Assembly: GCA_963668175.1 (NCBI GenBank)
Contig: OY764159.1
Coordinates: forward strand, 32,001-96,000
Direction of reading: 5' to 3'
Source: Syntrophales bacterium
Lineage (GTDB): Bacteria; Desulfobacterota; Syntrophia; Syntrophales; PHBD01
Length of the DNA: 64,000 nucleotides
Shown here: piece by piece, positions 43,649 to 54,884 of the stretch
Layout of the letters: the number at the start of each line of letters is the position of its first letter
How positions within the stretch are numbered: position 1 is the stretch's first letter
Program-made: the position numbers and the translations under genes
Notes under the pieces: model-generated
The model's database searches: none
Told to the model about the DNA's origin: nothing
Seen by the model: only the letters and a program-made list of their open reading frames with translations

Positions 43649-44497
43649 TCAGCACTTCCTTCCTTTGGCAACACGGTCGATGCCCGAATAATTCTTGCGA
43701 AAATCTATGGAATCGTACTGGTTCGATTCCCGAAACAGCTTCTCGATATGTGCCCTCTGACTATTGCCGATTTCCATAAACAACCAGCCGCCTTTTTTCA
43801 ATAAATATCTTGCGCCCGTGATGAGTTCCCCGTGAAATGCCGTACCGTCACCGGGAGCGCGAAGAGCCGTCTCCGGTTCATAACCGGCCACGTCGACAGG
43901 AAGATTGCGGAATTCGGCATCGGCAATGTATGGCGGGTTGGAGACGACAACATCGAACCGGCCGGACACGGGCTGGCACATGTCCCCGACAAGGAAAGCA
44001 ATCCGGTCGCCAACTCCGAGTCTCCGGGCATTGTGGCCGGCTATTTGAACGGCAGCCGGGGAAATATCCGTGGCCACAATGAAAGCCCCTTTGATCTCGC
44101 GGGCCAGCGTAATACTGATTGCGCCGCTGCCGGTGCCTATCTCGAGGATTCTGCAATCCCCCGCACAATGCTTCGCCTCCGCGAGGACTTCTTCAACGAT
44201 GATTTCCGTATCCGGTCTCGGAATGAGGACGGCGGGGGTTACGTCAAACGTGAGGGACCAGAACTCCTTGCTTCCGACGATATAGGCGACGGGTTCCCTC
44301 CGCAGCCTGCGTTCGACCCAGCGGGCGAATCCGCTCAACGCATCCGCCGGCAACGCTCTGTCGTTCCGGGTGTATAGATCCGTACGATTGATTTGCAGAT
44401 AGCGGGAGAGAAGGACTTCGGCATCAAGGCGGGCACTGAGGATGCCTTCAATTTCGAAGCTGCGGGCGGTCCCGGCCAGAAGTTCCCCAACATTCAT
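43649..44497 (-). CDS. prmC: Release factor glutamine methyltransferase
   Basis: EPVAYIVG, VLIPRPDTE, GTGSGAI, SNPPY. Confidence 0.96.
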   Translation of the reverse strand: MNVGELLAGTARSFEIEGILSARLDAEVLLSRYLQINRTDLYTRNDRALPADALSGFARWVERRLRREPVAYIVGSKEFWSLTFDVTPAVLIPRPDTEIIVEEVLAEAKHCAGDCRILEIGTGSGAISITLAREIKGAFIVATDISPAAVQIAGHNARRLGVGDRIAFLVGDMCQPVSGRFDVVVSNPPYIADAEFRNLPVDVAGYEPETALRAPGDGTAFHGELITGARYLLKKGGWLFMEIGNSQRAHIEKLFRESNQYDSIDFRKNYSGIDRVAKGRKC

Positions 44498-44559
44498 CGC
44501 CGTCTCTATGATCTCCGAATGTCACTGGCGGATGGTCCCAAAGGCCGCGGCGGACTTTG

Positions 44560-45630
44560 TCATGCCGCCGACTGTTTCAGCGCTTCCGTCTGGAAATGGG
44601 TTGTAAGGCCGTCGATAACCGTCTGGATATCTCCGTTGATGAAGTTCTCCAGATTGTAGAGGGTCATCCCGATGCGGTGGTCCGTCACCCGGCCCTGCGG
44701 GAAGTTGTACGTCCTGATCCGTTCGCTCCGGTCGCCGCTTCCGACCTGGCTCTTTCTGGCTTCCGAAATCTCCGCATTCTGCTTCTGGATCATGGCGTCG
44801 AGCAATCGTGCTCTCAAGACTTTCATGGCCTTGGCTTTATTCTTCAGCTGCGACTTCTCGTCCTGGCAGGTGACGACCAGCCCCGTGGGCAGATGGGTAA
44901 TGCGCACCGCAGAGTCCGTCGTATTGACGCTCTGCCCCCCGTGGCCGCTTGAATGGTACACGTCGATCCTCAATTCGTTCGGATCGATGGATACTTCGAC
45001 CTCTTCAGCTTCAGGGAGAATGGCCACGGTCACGGCCGACGTGTGAATCCGTCCCTGAGCTTCCGTAACGGGAACCCGCTGTACCCTGTGGACGCCGCTT
45101 TCATACTTTAACCGGCTGTAAGCGCCCTTCCCCTCGATCAGGGCTATGATCTCCTTAAAGCCGCCGATACCGCTGGAAGGCGTGCTGCTGATGATTTCCA
45201 CTTTCCATCGGTTCCCTTCCGCATATCGGGCATACATCCGAAAAAGGTCCGCCGCAAACAATCCGGCTTCGTCACCGCCTGTTCCCGCCCTGATTTCCAG
45301 AAAGACGTTCTTGTCGTCGTTGGGATCCTTGGGAAGGAGAAGACGTCTTAAGTGGTCTTCCAGAGTGGCCTGTTTCTCCTTGAGTCCCGGCATCTCTTCC
45401 TTGACGATCTCTTTCAACTCCTCGTCGGTACCCCGGAGAAGGTTCTGTCCCTCCTCGATCTCGGCGACCGTCTTTTCATAGGCCTCATAGGTGGCCACGA
45501 GTTCACGGAGATCGGCATGCTCCTTGGCGTATTTCTGGTAAACGTTCTGCTTGCTGATCACCTCGGGATCGCTGAGCAGCTTCTCCAATTCCTGATGACG
45601 CAAGACGATATCTTTCAGTTTGCCAAACAT
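44560..45630 (-). CDS. prfA: Peptide chain release factor 1
   Basis: [14 protein letters not shown] anticodon motif, GGQ; start placed at MFGKL. Confidence 0.97.
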   Translation of the reverse strand: MFGKLKDIVLRHQELEKLLSDPEVISKQNVYQKYAKEHADLRELVATYEAYEKTVAEIEEGQNLLRGTDEELKEIVKEEMPGLKEKQATLEDHLRRLLLPKDPNDDKNVFLEIRAGTGGDEAGLFAADLFRMYARYAEGNRWKVEIISSTPSSGIGGFKEIIALIEGKGAYSRLKYESGVHRVQRVPVTEAQGRIHTSAVTVAILPEAEEVEVSIDPNELRIDVYHSSGHGGQSVNTTDSAVRITHLPTGLVVTCQDEKSQLKNKAKAMKVLRARLLDAMIQKQNAEISEARKSQVGSGDRSERIRTYNFPQGRVTDHRIGMTLYNLENFINGDIQTVIDGLTTHFQTEALKQSAA

Positions 45631-45798
45631 AGTCCCTACGAATAAATGTCGGCATTTCGCCGGCTTGAAATGTTCGGTTGTGGGGAAGTTGCCCTCAGTG
45701 GAAGATGCGGGCACCTGACTATCGGGAAAAGAAGCAGGCAGGGGAACTCCGCTCTCTCGTTAAGGCGTTCCCCGGAGATAATGCATGCGACGGATCGG

Positions 45799-46032
45799 TT
45801 ACTTGGCTTTTTTCGTCTTGCTTGCCTTAGCTTCCTGGCCCGCGTACTTCTTGTTGAAACGTTCGACGCGTCCCGCCGTATCCATGATCTTCTGCTTGCC
45901 GGTCATGAAGGGGTGGCACTGGGAGCAGATTTCAACCTTGATCTCCGGTTTGGTCGACCTGGTCTCAAAGACATTGCCGCATACGCAGGTAACGGTCGCT
46001 TTATTATATTCGGGATGAATACCTTCTTTCAT
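45799..46032 (-). CDS. rpmE: 50S ribosomal protein L31 (zinc-binding form)
   Basis: MKEGIHP, CVCG, CSQCHPF, GRVERF. Confidence 0.97.
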   Translation of the reverse strand: MKEGIHPEYNKATVTCVCGNVFETRSTKPEIKVEICSQCHPFMTGKQKIMDTAGRVERFNKKYAGQEAKASKTKKAK

Positions 46033-46146
46033 GGCGAATCGTAATCCTCCTTAACGATACTTGATAATTTTCCACAAGGGGTCGCATTATAAGCATCCGT
46101 TCCAAAATTTCAAGGAATATTTCGGACGCCTGTGCGGATTGCCCGT

Positions 46147-47394
46147 CTATTGATTCATGGAATCCAGGAATATCTGATTGCTGTCCGTCTTTCTGATCTT
46201 ATCAATGATGAATTCCATGGCGTCGATGGGATTCATCTCCTGGAGAAGCCGTCTTAATATCCAGATACGGTTGAGATTGGCTTTGGGGATCAGCAGCTCT
46301 TCCTTTCTCGTCCCGGAGCGGATCAGGTCGAAGGCGGGAAAGACCCTTCTGTCTGCGATGCGCCGGTCGAGGTGCAATTCCATGTTGCCCGTTCCCTTGA
46401 ATTCTTCAAAAATGACTTCGTCCATCCGACTGCCGGTATCGATGAGAGCGGTGGCGATAATGGTCAGGCTGCCGCCGTTTTCGATGTTACGGGCAGCACC
46501 GAAAAAGCGCTTCGGCTTATGGAGTGCATTCGAGTCGACGCCGCCGGAGAGGACCTTGCCGCTCGGGGGAACGACGGTGTTGTATGCCCGGGCCAGCCTC
46601 GTGATGCTGTCCAGCAGGATAACCACGTCTTTCTTGTGCTCGACGAGCCTTTTTGCTTTTTCTATAACCATTTCGGCAACTTGAACGTGGCGCGTGGCCG
46701 GTTCGTCGAATGTCGAGGAGATGACTTCCCCGGATACCCCCCGCTGCATGTCCGTCACTTCTTCAGGACGTTCGTCAATCAGCAGCACCATCAGGATCAC
46801 TTCCTTGTGATTCGTCGTGATGCTGCGGGCAATGTCCTGCAGAAGGACCGTCTTTCCTGCCCTGGGCGGAGATACGATAAGCGCCCGCTGCCCCTTTCCG
46901 ATCGGGGTGAAAAGATCCATGGTCCTGGTAGACAGGTTCTCCGGATCGACTTCAAGGCCAAGCTTTTCATCGGGGTACAGGGGGGTCAGGTTGTCGAAGA
47001 GTATTTTGTCCCTGGTGCCGTCGGGACTTTCAAAGTTGACCATGTCCACTTTGAGCAGGGCGAAATATTTTTCCCCTTCCTTCGGAGGCCTGACCTCGCC
47101 GGATACCGTATCGCCGGTTCTTAAGTTGAAGCGGCGTATTTGCGAAGGCGAAATATAAATATCGTCTGGACTGGGCAGATAGTTATAATCGACGGCACGG
47201 AGGAATCCGAAACCATCCGGCAGGATTTCCAGGACGCCGGCGCCCGATATGACCCCGTTCTTTTCAGCCTGTGCCTGCAGGATGGAAAAGATGAGATCCT
47301 GCCTCCTCATGCCGCTCGCCCCGGGGACATTCAGATCTTTGGCCAGGTTGGTCAATTCGCTGATAGGAAGCCTTTTAATGTCTTCGATGTTCAT
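46147..47394 (-). CDS. rho: Transcription termination factor Rho
   Basis: DGFGFLR, PPRAGKT, DERPEE, SGTRKEE. Confidence 0.98.
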   Translation of the reverse strand: MNIEDIKRLPISELTNLAKDLNVPGASGMRRQDLIFSILQAQAEKNGVISGAGVLEILPDGFGFLRAVDYNYLPSPDDIYISPSQIRRFNLRTGDTVSGEVRPPKEGEKYFALLKVDMVNFESPDGTRDKILFDNLTPLYPDEKLGLEVDPENLSTRTMDLFTPIGKGQRALIVSPPRAGKTVLLQDIARSITTNHKEVILMVLLIDERPEEVTDMQRGVSGEVISSTFDEPATRHVQVAEMVIEKAKRLVEHKKDVVILLDSITRLARAYNTVVPPSGKVLSGGVDSNALHKPKRFFGAARNIENGGSLTIIATALIDTGSRMDEVIFEEFKGTGNMELHLDRRIADRRVFPAFDLIRSGTRKEELLIPKANLNRIWILRRLLQEMNPIDAMEFIIDKIRKTDSNQIFLDSMNQ

Positions 47395-47898
47395 ATTGAT
47401 GCCTTTGAAATAGTCCTTTCTCTTTGCAGAATATACAGCAGCGCGCTTCTTTCAGGATAAGCCCATCCTGTTGAGCATCAAGAAACGGTACCCCATCATT
47501 TTCCAGAATTTGCCATGCATGAACGATAGAAGAATATCGTGGAATAATACAGGCTGCTACGTAAGAACGCTTGAAACATCTCGTTTTAGGAAGGGCCTCG
47601 CGCGTACCTTATATGCTGTAGAGCACTCCCCTACCCTAAGATTCTTGATATGTCAAGGATTTTTTACCACCCAACACGGTATTCGTGCACCAGACTATTT
47701 TGATAGATAAATTGTCGACAGGAAATGAAGCGAATAGTCCAATTCACCGGGCAAGTCGTTTCTTGCGTTGTTCAACCCTAGGGAAGTATAATAATACAAT
47801 TGTTTGTACAAGTTCAAGTAAAATTTTGTGCTATTTCAGAAACCTGCCCGGAATATCCCGATTTTACAGACCAAAAACGCATAAAATCCGTATCACGT

Positions 47899-48735
47899 CT
47901 ATGCCCGGTCCCCTCGGAGCATCAGGAAATTCAGTTGCCTCCCTGTCTTTCCCGATTCACCCCGGTGGGAATAAAACAGATCGGGCAGACAGGAAGTACA
48001 AAGACCGGACATTTCGATATTTTCCGGGCTCAAACCCGCTTCAAGAAGATGCCGTCGATTCAGGGAAGGCAGATCGAGCATCCACCGGCCGTCTTCCTTG
48101 CAGGCCCGGAAATACGGACCCGCGCCGCCGTCGGGTCCCATGGCACGAACGACCTGTTCGTCGACCTGATAACAGCAGGGACCGATCGACGGACCAATCG
48201 CGGCGATCATATCCTCCGTTTCCGACAAAAAATCTTCCCTGAACCGCATGACGGCTTTCGCCGCTATCTTAAGGGCCGTCCCTCTCCATCCGGCATGAAC
48301 GACACAGACGATGCGTTTGATCCTGTCGACGATCAGGACGGGAACACAGTCCGCCGTTTTGATGCCGACGGCGATCCCCGTCTGGTTGGTGATGATGCCG
48401 TCGTACTCTGGGAGTTTGCCCTCAGGTATCCGGAAATCGGGTTCTTTTATGACGAGGATGCCGTCGCCGTGAATCTGCCTGACTGTAAGGAACTGTTCCG
48501 GAGACACGGCGAATGCTGCGGCTGTGATCTGATAATTTTTTTTAACATGCTCTTCCGGATCGCCTTCTCTGACACTGAAGTTTAAACTGCTGTAGCAGCC
48601 GCCGCTCGCACCGCCGATACGTGTGGTGAAGGCATGGGTCAGGAAAGGGAGGGTCTGCAATTGAGGGGATTGATAGTAGGTAAGCCCCCGTTCACCTGAA
48701 GTTGTACCGGGGAGGGATATTTGAACAAAGGACAT
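47899..48735 (-). CDS. pgeF: Peptidoglycan editing factor / purine nucleoside phosphorylase (YfiH family)
   Basis: HAFTTR, QIHG, TADCVPV, HAGWRG, YSHR. Confidence 0.92.
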   Translation of the reverse strand: MSFVQISLPGTTSGERGLTYYQSPQLQTLPFLTHAFTTRIGGASGGCYSSLNFSVREGDPEEHVKKNYQITAAAFAVSPEQFLTVRQIHGDGILVIKEPDFRIPEGKLPEYDGIITNQTGIAVGIKTADCVPVLIVDRIKRIVCVVHAGWRGTALKIAAKAVMRFREDFLSETEDMIAAIGPSIGPCCYQVDEQVVRAMGPDGGAGPYFRACKEDGRWMLDLPSLNRRHLLEAGLSPENIEMSGLCTSCLPDLFYSHRGESGKTGRQLNFLMLRGDRA

Positions 48736-48845
48736 ACGATCACCGTTTCGTCAAAAGACATAGAATGCCGGACCGCTCCATGTCAATCACAAACGAAGAT
48801 CCGCCATATTCCGCGGTATCGTCTTCGACAACCGGTACAGGCCGA

Positions 48846-49811
48846 CTATGCGGAGTCATGTCTCTTCAATGACGAACACAGTTCCGCCATGTCGGCAGGC
48901 AGAGGCGAGACAAACTCCAGCCATTGGCCGGTCACCGGATGCATAAAGGAAAGTCGGCTGGCGTGGAGGGCTTGCCTGGCCATATTCTTCAGTATTTGTG
49001 CCGCATCGGAACTTCTATGCTCCCTACCGCTTCCCTTCTTGCCGTAAACAGCATCCCCGATCACCGGATAGCCCAGGGCATTCAGATGGACTCTGATCTG
49101 GTGGGTCCGTCCCGTTTCGATATCGACCTCAAGGAGGGTGGCCGCCCCATACCTTTCGCAAACACGCCAGCGGGAAAGAGCCGATCTTCCCCTCCGGCTT
49201 CTGACAGACATTTTTTTTCTGTCGACGGGATGCCGTCCGACCGGCAAGTCGACAACACCGTGTTCCTCCTTGACATCTCCATGGACAAGCACCTGGTAGG
49301 TCTTCTTGATGCGATGCTCCTTGAACTGGGCGGCAAGGCCTCGATGGGCATCGTCTGCCTTGGCGATAACGATCAGACCGGACGTGTCCTTGTCGAGACG
49401 ATGAACAATCCCCGGTCGCAGCACACCGCCGATTCCCGACAGGTCGCGGCAATGGAAAAGGACGGCATTGACAAGGGTCCCGGAGCAATGGCCCGGCGCC
49501 GGATGGACCACCATGCCGACCGGCTTGTCGACGACAAGAAGGTGCGTATCCTCATATACGATGCGAAGGGGGATATCCTCGGGAAGGACTTCACAGTTCG
49601 TCGGTTCCGGTCTCGAGAGACGGACGGCGTCGCCGATCTTTAAACGCTGCCCGGCCTTCGCCTTCTTACGGTTGACGGTCACCATCCCGTCGCTCACCGC
49701 CTTGGCAAGCTGTGAACGCGACATGGCCGGTTCTCTCCCCGCCAGGAAGATATCGAGGCGCAAATCCTTTTCCCGCTCGGCGACGATGAATTCGTGGATG
49801 GTGTCCGTCAT
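48846..49811 (-). CDS. rluD: RluA/RluD family pseudouridine synthase with S4 domain
   Basis: RPGIVHRLDKDTSG, ETGRTHQIRVH; adjacent to pgeF. Confidence 0.9.
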   Translation of the reverse strand: MTDTIHEFIVAEREKDLRLDIFLAGREPAMSRSQLAKAVSDGMVTVNRKKAKAGQRLKIGDAVRLSRPEPTNCEVLPEDIPLRIVYEDTHLLVVDKPVGMVVHPAPGHCSGTLVNAVLFHCRDLSGIGGVLRPGIVHRLDKDTSGLIVIAKADDAHRGLAAQFKEHRIKKTYQVLVHGDVKEEHGVVDLPVGRHPVDRKKMSVRSRRGRSALSRWRVCERYGAATLLEVDIETGRTHQIRVHLNALGYPVIGDAVYGKKGSGREHRSSDAAQILKNMARQALHASRLSFMHPVTGQWLEFVSPLPADMAELCSSLKRHDSA

Positions 49812-51232
49812 GGGCTGGCGATACTCTTCAGGCCGTCCCTGATGAAAGGCATTTCCTCGTCGGCGATCGTCCTGAGATCGAACAGGATTTCATCGTCGGC
49901 GATCCTGGCGATGATCGGCGTATCGAGTCTCCGGAGCCGTGCGTCGAGGATATTCGGCGAATGCGAGTCGGATTGAACCGCAATCAGAACCGTCGGGATT
50001 TCCCTGGTTGGCAGAGCGCCGCCGCCCGTCAACGACGACCCTGCTCTGACGGTAAAACGGATACCGGGAATGCCGGCCCTTTTCAACGCGGCCGAGAGCC
50101 GCTTGGCGCGTTTTTTGACGTCCGCAATCGGTTCCGTCAGGGCATTAAGGACACGCAGCGATCTGACAGCCTTTTCAGGCTGGAGATATTGCATCATGGT
50201 CGCTTCCAGCGCGGCAAGGGTAAGTTTGTCGATCCTGAGCGCCCGGTTGAGAGGGTTCTTCTTAATCTGCGCCAGGATACGCTTCCGGCCGAGAATGATA
50301 CCTGCCTGGGGACCGCCAAGGAGCTTGTCGCCGCTGAAGGTGATCACATCGACGCCGCTTGATATCACATTCGGGACTGTCGGTTCGCTGTCCAGGCCGA
50401 ATCGCTCCAGGTCAAGGAAGCAACCGCTGCCCAGATCGTGCATCACAGGAATGCCGCATTTCTTACCGAGGGCAACCAGATCGTCCAGCCCCGTCTCCTC
50501 CGTGAAGCCGACGATACGAAAATTGCTCGTATGGACCTTCAGGATCAGGCTCGTCTCGGGATTGACGGCGTTTTCATAATCCGCCAGGCGCGTGCGATTC
50601 GTAGCGCCGACCTCTCTCAGCCGGGCACCGCTCTTTTCCATGATTTCGGGAATGCGGAATTCGCCGCCGATCTCCACCAATTCTCCGCGGGAAACGATCG
50701 CCTCCTTGCCCTGGGCGAGGGTATTCAGGCAGAGCAGGACGGCCGCGGCATTGTTATTGACGACCAGGGCGTCTTCCGCCCCGGAAAGGACGCAGAGGAT
50801 GTTTTGTACATGGTCGTACCGGAGACCTCGCCTGCCTTGATCAAGGTCATACTCCAGATTCGAATAACCGGCGCCCACGGCGGTTATTCGCTCCAGGGCT
50901 TCAGGGCAGAGCGGCGCCCTCCCCAGATTCGTGTGGATAATGATCCCGGTGGCGTTGACCACACGGCGAAGCCGGTGACGATGAAAATCGTTCAGGGCGG
51001 AGACCGCCTTGTCCAATACACGATCCAGGGCTGGAATTCTTATATTATCCGGGTTGCTTTCATTCTCCAGGATCGTCTTTCTCATGTCGTCCACGATCAT
51101 CCGGCACACCGCCTTCGCAATGTCCCGGGGAATCTTCGCCAGGGCATTCATGCCTTCCAGCTTGAGCATCATGTCGTCGATTTTGGGAAGACCTCTTAGC
51201 AACGCCTGTCTCGCCTGATCCATGGCTTCCAT
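49808..51232 (-). CDS. selA: L-seryl-tRNA(Sec) selenium transferase
   Basis: NATGIIIHTNLGRA, VNNNAAAV, SRGELVEIGG, FSGDKLLGGPQAG. Confidence 0.97.
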   Translation of the reverse strand: MEAMDQARQALLRGLPKIDDMMLKLEGMNALAKIPRDIAKAVCRMIVDDMRKTILENESNPDNIRIPALDRVLDKAVSALNDFHRHRLRRVVNATGIIIHTNLGRAPLCPEALERITAVGAGYSNLEYDLDQGRRGLRYDHVQNILCVLSGAEDALVVNNNAAAVLLCLNTLAQGKEAIVSRGELVEIGGEFRIPEIMEKSGARLREVGATNRTRLADYENAVNPETSLILKVHTSNFRIVGFTEETGLDDLVALGKKCGIPVMHDLGSGCFLDLERFGLDSEPTVPNVISSGVDVITFSGDKLLGGPQAGIILGRKRILAQIKKNPLNRALRIDKLTLAALEATMMQYLQPEKAVRSLRVLNALTEPIADVKKRAKRLSAALKRAGIPGIRFTVRAGSSLTGGGALPTREIPTVLIAVQSDSHSPNILDARLRRLDTPIIARIADDEILFDLRTIADEEMPFIRDGLKSIASP

Positions 51233-51485
51233 CCTGTCCTTATGCCGTTGCGGAGAAAAAATCCCGGATTTGAATCCGTCACGCCGCCGCCCCTCGCGGA
51301 CACCCTGTGTCCATATCTCGGCCGCGCAGCATCACACCATCCGTATAATCATTAATGTTTCGATAACATGTCCCGAGTGTCTTGTAAAGTCCGGTCTCAT
51401 TTATTGCATTGATAAAGCCGGATTCCGAAAACGAATACTGGATTGAATCCTTGAATTTATTCACGGCAAAAGGTAATAATAGAAC

Positions 51486-52238
51486 ATGATTGTAAAAACA
51501 CCTGTCAAACCCAAGGAGGCCTCGACGGTCATTCTGCTTCGGCCGAGTTCGGGCCATGCCAAGACCGGCTTTGAGGTTTTAATGGTTTTACGGCATCCGG
51601 ACAGCTCCTTCGTTCCCGATTCCTACGTTTTTCCAGGCGGCAGTCTGGAAGAAAGCGATTGCACAGAGGACATGGCGGCCCTCTGTTCGGGAATAGACCG
51701 GCAGCAGGCGAGAGCGATACTCGACGGAATGCCGGCAGCAGACGAAGCTCTGGGTGCCTGGGTTTCCGCCATCCGGGAAACGTTTGAAGAAGTCGGACTG
51801 CTCCTGGCCTACCGGGAAGACGGAACGCTGCTCGATTTCCGGTCCTCCGAGGAAAGTGACCGTTTCCGCCTTTATCGGAATCATTTAATGGAAAACCGGA
51901 TGTCCTTTTTCGATATCCTCATTCAAGAACGGCTGACTCTGGCTGCGGACCGTCTCCATTATTTCTCCCACTGGATCACACCCTGGTTTCTGCCGATCCG
52001 CTACGATGCGAGATTCTTTGTGGCCGCCGCGCCAGCCAACCAGAAAACCCAGCCTGACGGCGTCGAACTTATAAAACACGTTTGGATATCTCCCCATGAA
52101 TTGCTGGAAGGTGCAAGACGAAGGCAGTACGACATGGTGGAACCGACGATGTTCACCATTATGGAGATCGCCGAATTTTCGAGCATACGGGAAGTCATCT
52201 CATCGACAACGGGAAAGAGAATAGCGGCCAGGTCATAG
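51486..52238 (+). CDS. NUDIX hydrolase (split Nudix box, NUDT19-like)
   Basis: ASTVILLR, VFPGG...AIRETFEEVG, HWITP..RYDARFF. Confidence 0.85.
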   Translation: MIVKTPVKPKEASTVILLRPSSGHAKTGFEVLMVLRHPDSSFVPDSYVFPGGSLEESDCTEDMAALCSGIDRQQARAILDGMPAADEALGAWVSAIRETFEEVGLLLAYREDGTLLDFRSSEESDRFRLYRNHLMENRMSFFDILIQERLTLAADRLHYFSHWITPWFLPIRYDARFFVAAAPANQKTQPDGVELIKHVWISPHELLEGARRRQYDMVEPTMFTIMEIAEFSSIREVISSTTGKRIAARS

Positions 52239-52423
52239 AACGTAGCGTGCCCGGCATATGCCCTCGCCCTTGACCATTCAGGATCGATCATGATATCCGG
52301 TGGATACGTTTCAAGAAGTTTTCCGTCAGAGAATAGGTCCTATATCCACTTATGGGGCTTCTGATCGTCCCTGATCGATTAGAAGGCGATCCGGACCACC
52401 ACCATTCTTTTTTGAGGCGATCC

Positions 52424-54790
52424 ATGGAAGATTCGACCGAAAACAAAAAGAGAAGCGGCATCGATCAAGGTGGATATGTCCGGCAGATTACCGAGCTCGG
52501 GCTTATCGTGGCGGAGCAAGAGAAGGTCATCGCAAGGCTAGAAGAAAGTTGGAAAACTTTCCGCCTTGTTGAAGACAGCATGCACGATGTCATTCGCCTC
52601 ATCGATCAAGAAGGATTCATCCGGTATGCCAGCCCTTCACATATGAAAGTCCTGGGCTATGCCCCGGAGACGCTCCTGGGAAAGCCCCTTTCCGATATGA
52701 TCCATCCCGAAGACAGGGAGACGGTTAAAGCATTTCACGCCCGCAACCAAGACACAAGTGCTGTTGATAAAATGGATTATCGTCTCCGCCACGCCGATGG
52801 CCATTACCTCTGGTTCGAGATGACGAGCCATTTCGTCTCCGTCAACGAAGCCGGCATCACCGGTTATGTTGTCTGCGAAAGGGACATTTCGGAACGGAAG
52901 CAGACCGACGAAGCGTTGCAGCAATCAGAGAATCGCTATCGGGCCATTTTTGAAACCACGGGCTCAGCCACACTGATCATCAATGAGGAAGGAACCGTCA
53001 TCCTGGCCAACCATGAGGCGCAGGAACTGACCGGCTACTCAAAAGAGGAACTTGAAGGAGGGAAAAAATGGCAGATGTTCGTCCATCCCGAGGATCTGCC
53101 CCGGATAGAAGAATACAACAGGTTGAGAAGTGCGGATCCCGCAAAGGCGCCGCGGAGATACGAATTCCGGATGATCGACTCCCTCGGAAGGGAGAAATAT
53201 ATCTTGAATACCGTGGCACGCATCCCCGGAACGGCGCTTACTATTTCGTCCAGCATGGATATCACCGATCTGAAGACGGCCGAATCCTCCCTGAGGGAAT
53301 CGGAGCAGAAGTACCGCCTTCTCATCGAAAAAGCGAACGATGCCATCCTGATCGCCCAGGACGGTTTCATCAAGTTTCTGAACCAAAAAGCCACATCCCT
53401 CATGGGTTATTCCGACGACGATATGACGAGGATCAAGTTTACGGAAATGATCCATCCTGACGACAGGCAGATGGTCTTGGAACGCCACCGGAGGCGTTCC
53501 CAGGGCGAATCGCCTCCCAGCCTATACCAGTTCAGGGTTATTACGAAATCGCAGAATGAGCTTGTCGTGGAAATGAATGCGATCCAGATTACCTGGGAAG
53601 GGAAACCCGCAGTCCTCTGCTTCCTCAGGGACATCACGGCCGACAAGAAGATCGAAGAGCGCCTGATGCATGTGCAGAAAATGGAAGCCATCGGTACGCT
53701 CGCCGGCGGCATAGCCCACGATTTCAACAATCTGCTCATGGGTATTCAAGGCCATGCCTCGCTTATGCTCCTGGAGATCGATCCGTCGCACCCTCACCGG
53801 GAAAGATTGAAAAGCATCGAGGAACAGATTCGCAGCGGGGCCAACCTGACGCGGCAGTTGCTCAGCATCGCTAGCGGCGGGGAATATTCAGTAAGGCCGG
53901 CCGACCTGAATGCCGTCATTGAAAAGACCATCTCCATGTTCGCCAGGGCGCGGAAAGAGGTCACGATCTTCAAGAAGTTTGCCGCGGATCTCTGGACGGT
54001 GGAAGTGGACCAGGGGCAGATTGAGCAGGTGCTTCTCAACATCTTTGTGAATGCCTGGCAGGCGATGCCGAAAGAGGGAGAGCTTTATCTCGTTACGCAA
54101 AACATGGTGCTCGACGACGATTTCGTCATACCCTATCATCTCAAATCGGGACGCTATGTGCGTTTGTCCATAACGGACACAGGCGTGGGCATGGATGAAC
54201 GTACCAAGGCCCGCATTTTCGAGCCATTTTTTACGACGAAGGAAATCGGACGCGGCACGGGGTTGGGATTGGCGTCGGCATACGGAATCATCAAGAGTCA
54301 CGGCGGCTTCATCGAAGTGACGAGTGAAAAGAATCTGGGAACAACCTTCCGTATCTACCTGCCGGCATCTTCCAAACAAGTGCAGAAAGAGGAAACGCCG
54401 TCCGTGGGTCTGAAGAAAGGCAAAGGAACTGTTCTCATCGTCGACGATGAAAAGTTGAATATCGCTGTAACCGCGGACATGCTCGAGGTGCTCGGTTACA
54501 AGGTCATATCCGCCGGAAGCGGTCAGGAAGCCGTTTACCGGTACAATGAGATGAAAGAGGAGATTTGCCTCGTCATCCTCGATATGGTGATGCCAGGTAT
54601 GGGAGGCGGGGAGACTTTCGATACGCTGAAGGACATCAACCCGGAGATCAAGGTCATCCTTACAAGCGGCTACAGTCTGGACGGGCAAGCCAAGGGTATC
54701 ATGTCGCGGGGATGCAGCGCATTCCTCCAGAAACCCTTCTCGATCAACAATCTTTCCCAAAAGCTGAGGCAGGTATTGGACGAAGCATAA
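52424..54790 (+). CDS. PAS-domain hybrid sensor histidine kinase/response regulator
   Basis: About 3 PAS domains, GGIAHDFNN H-box, EPFFTTK, GTGLGL, receiver domain LDMVMP; start placed at MEDST. Confidence 0.94.
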   Translation: MEDSTENKKRSGIDQGGYVRQITELGLIVAEQEKVIARLEESWKTFRLVEDSMHDVIRLIDQEGFIRYASPSHMKVLGYAPETLLGKPLSDMIHPEDRETVKAFHARNQDTSAVDKMDYRLRHADGHYLWFEMTSHFVSVNEAGITGYVVCERDISERKQTDEALQQSENRYRAIFETTGSATLIINEEGTVILANHEAQELTGYSKEELEGGKKWQMFVHPEDLPRIEEYNRLRSADPAKAPRRYEFRMIDSLGREKYILNTVARIPGTALTISSSMDITDLKTAESSLRESEQKYRLLIEKANDAILIAQDGFIKFLNQKATSLMGYSDDDMTRIKFTEMIHPDDRQMVLERHRRRSQGESPPSLYQFRVITKSQNELVVEMNAIQITWEGKPAVLCFLRDITADKKIEERLMHVQKMEAIGTLAGGIAHDFNNLLMGIQGHASLMLLEIDPSHPHRERLKSIEEQIRSGANLTRQLLSIASGGEYSVRPADLNAVIEKTISMFARARKEVTIFKKFAADLWTVEVDQGQIEQVLLNIFVNAWQAMPKEGELYLVTQNMVLDDDFVIPYHLKSGRYVRLSITDTGVGMDERTKARIFEPFFTTKEIGRGTGLGLASAYGIIKSHGGFIEVTSEKNLGTTFRIYLPASSKQVQKEETPSVGLKKGKGTVLIVDDEKLNIAVTADMLEVLGYKVISAGSGQEAVYRYNEMKEEICLVILDMVMPGMGGGETFDTLKDINPEIKVILTSGYSLDGQAKGIMSRGCSAFLQKPFSINNLSQKLRQVLDEA

Positions 54791-54884
54791 ACAGTGCGGG
54801 CTTGCAGCGTTTGCCCCTGAAAGACCCGTTATCCGCAGCCTCAACACTGCCCAAGTACGTTAGGTAATTCTAACCTATAAACGC

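Noticed and set aside
47450..47518. 22-aa uORF MHGKFWKMMGYRFLMLNRMGLS upstream of rho
   Set aside because: No clear RBS or associated terminator; expected by chance in a gap of this size.
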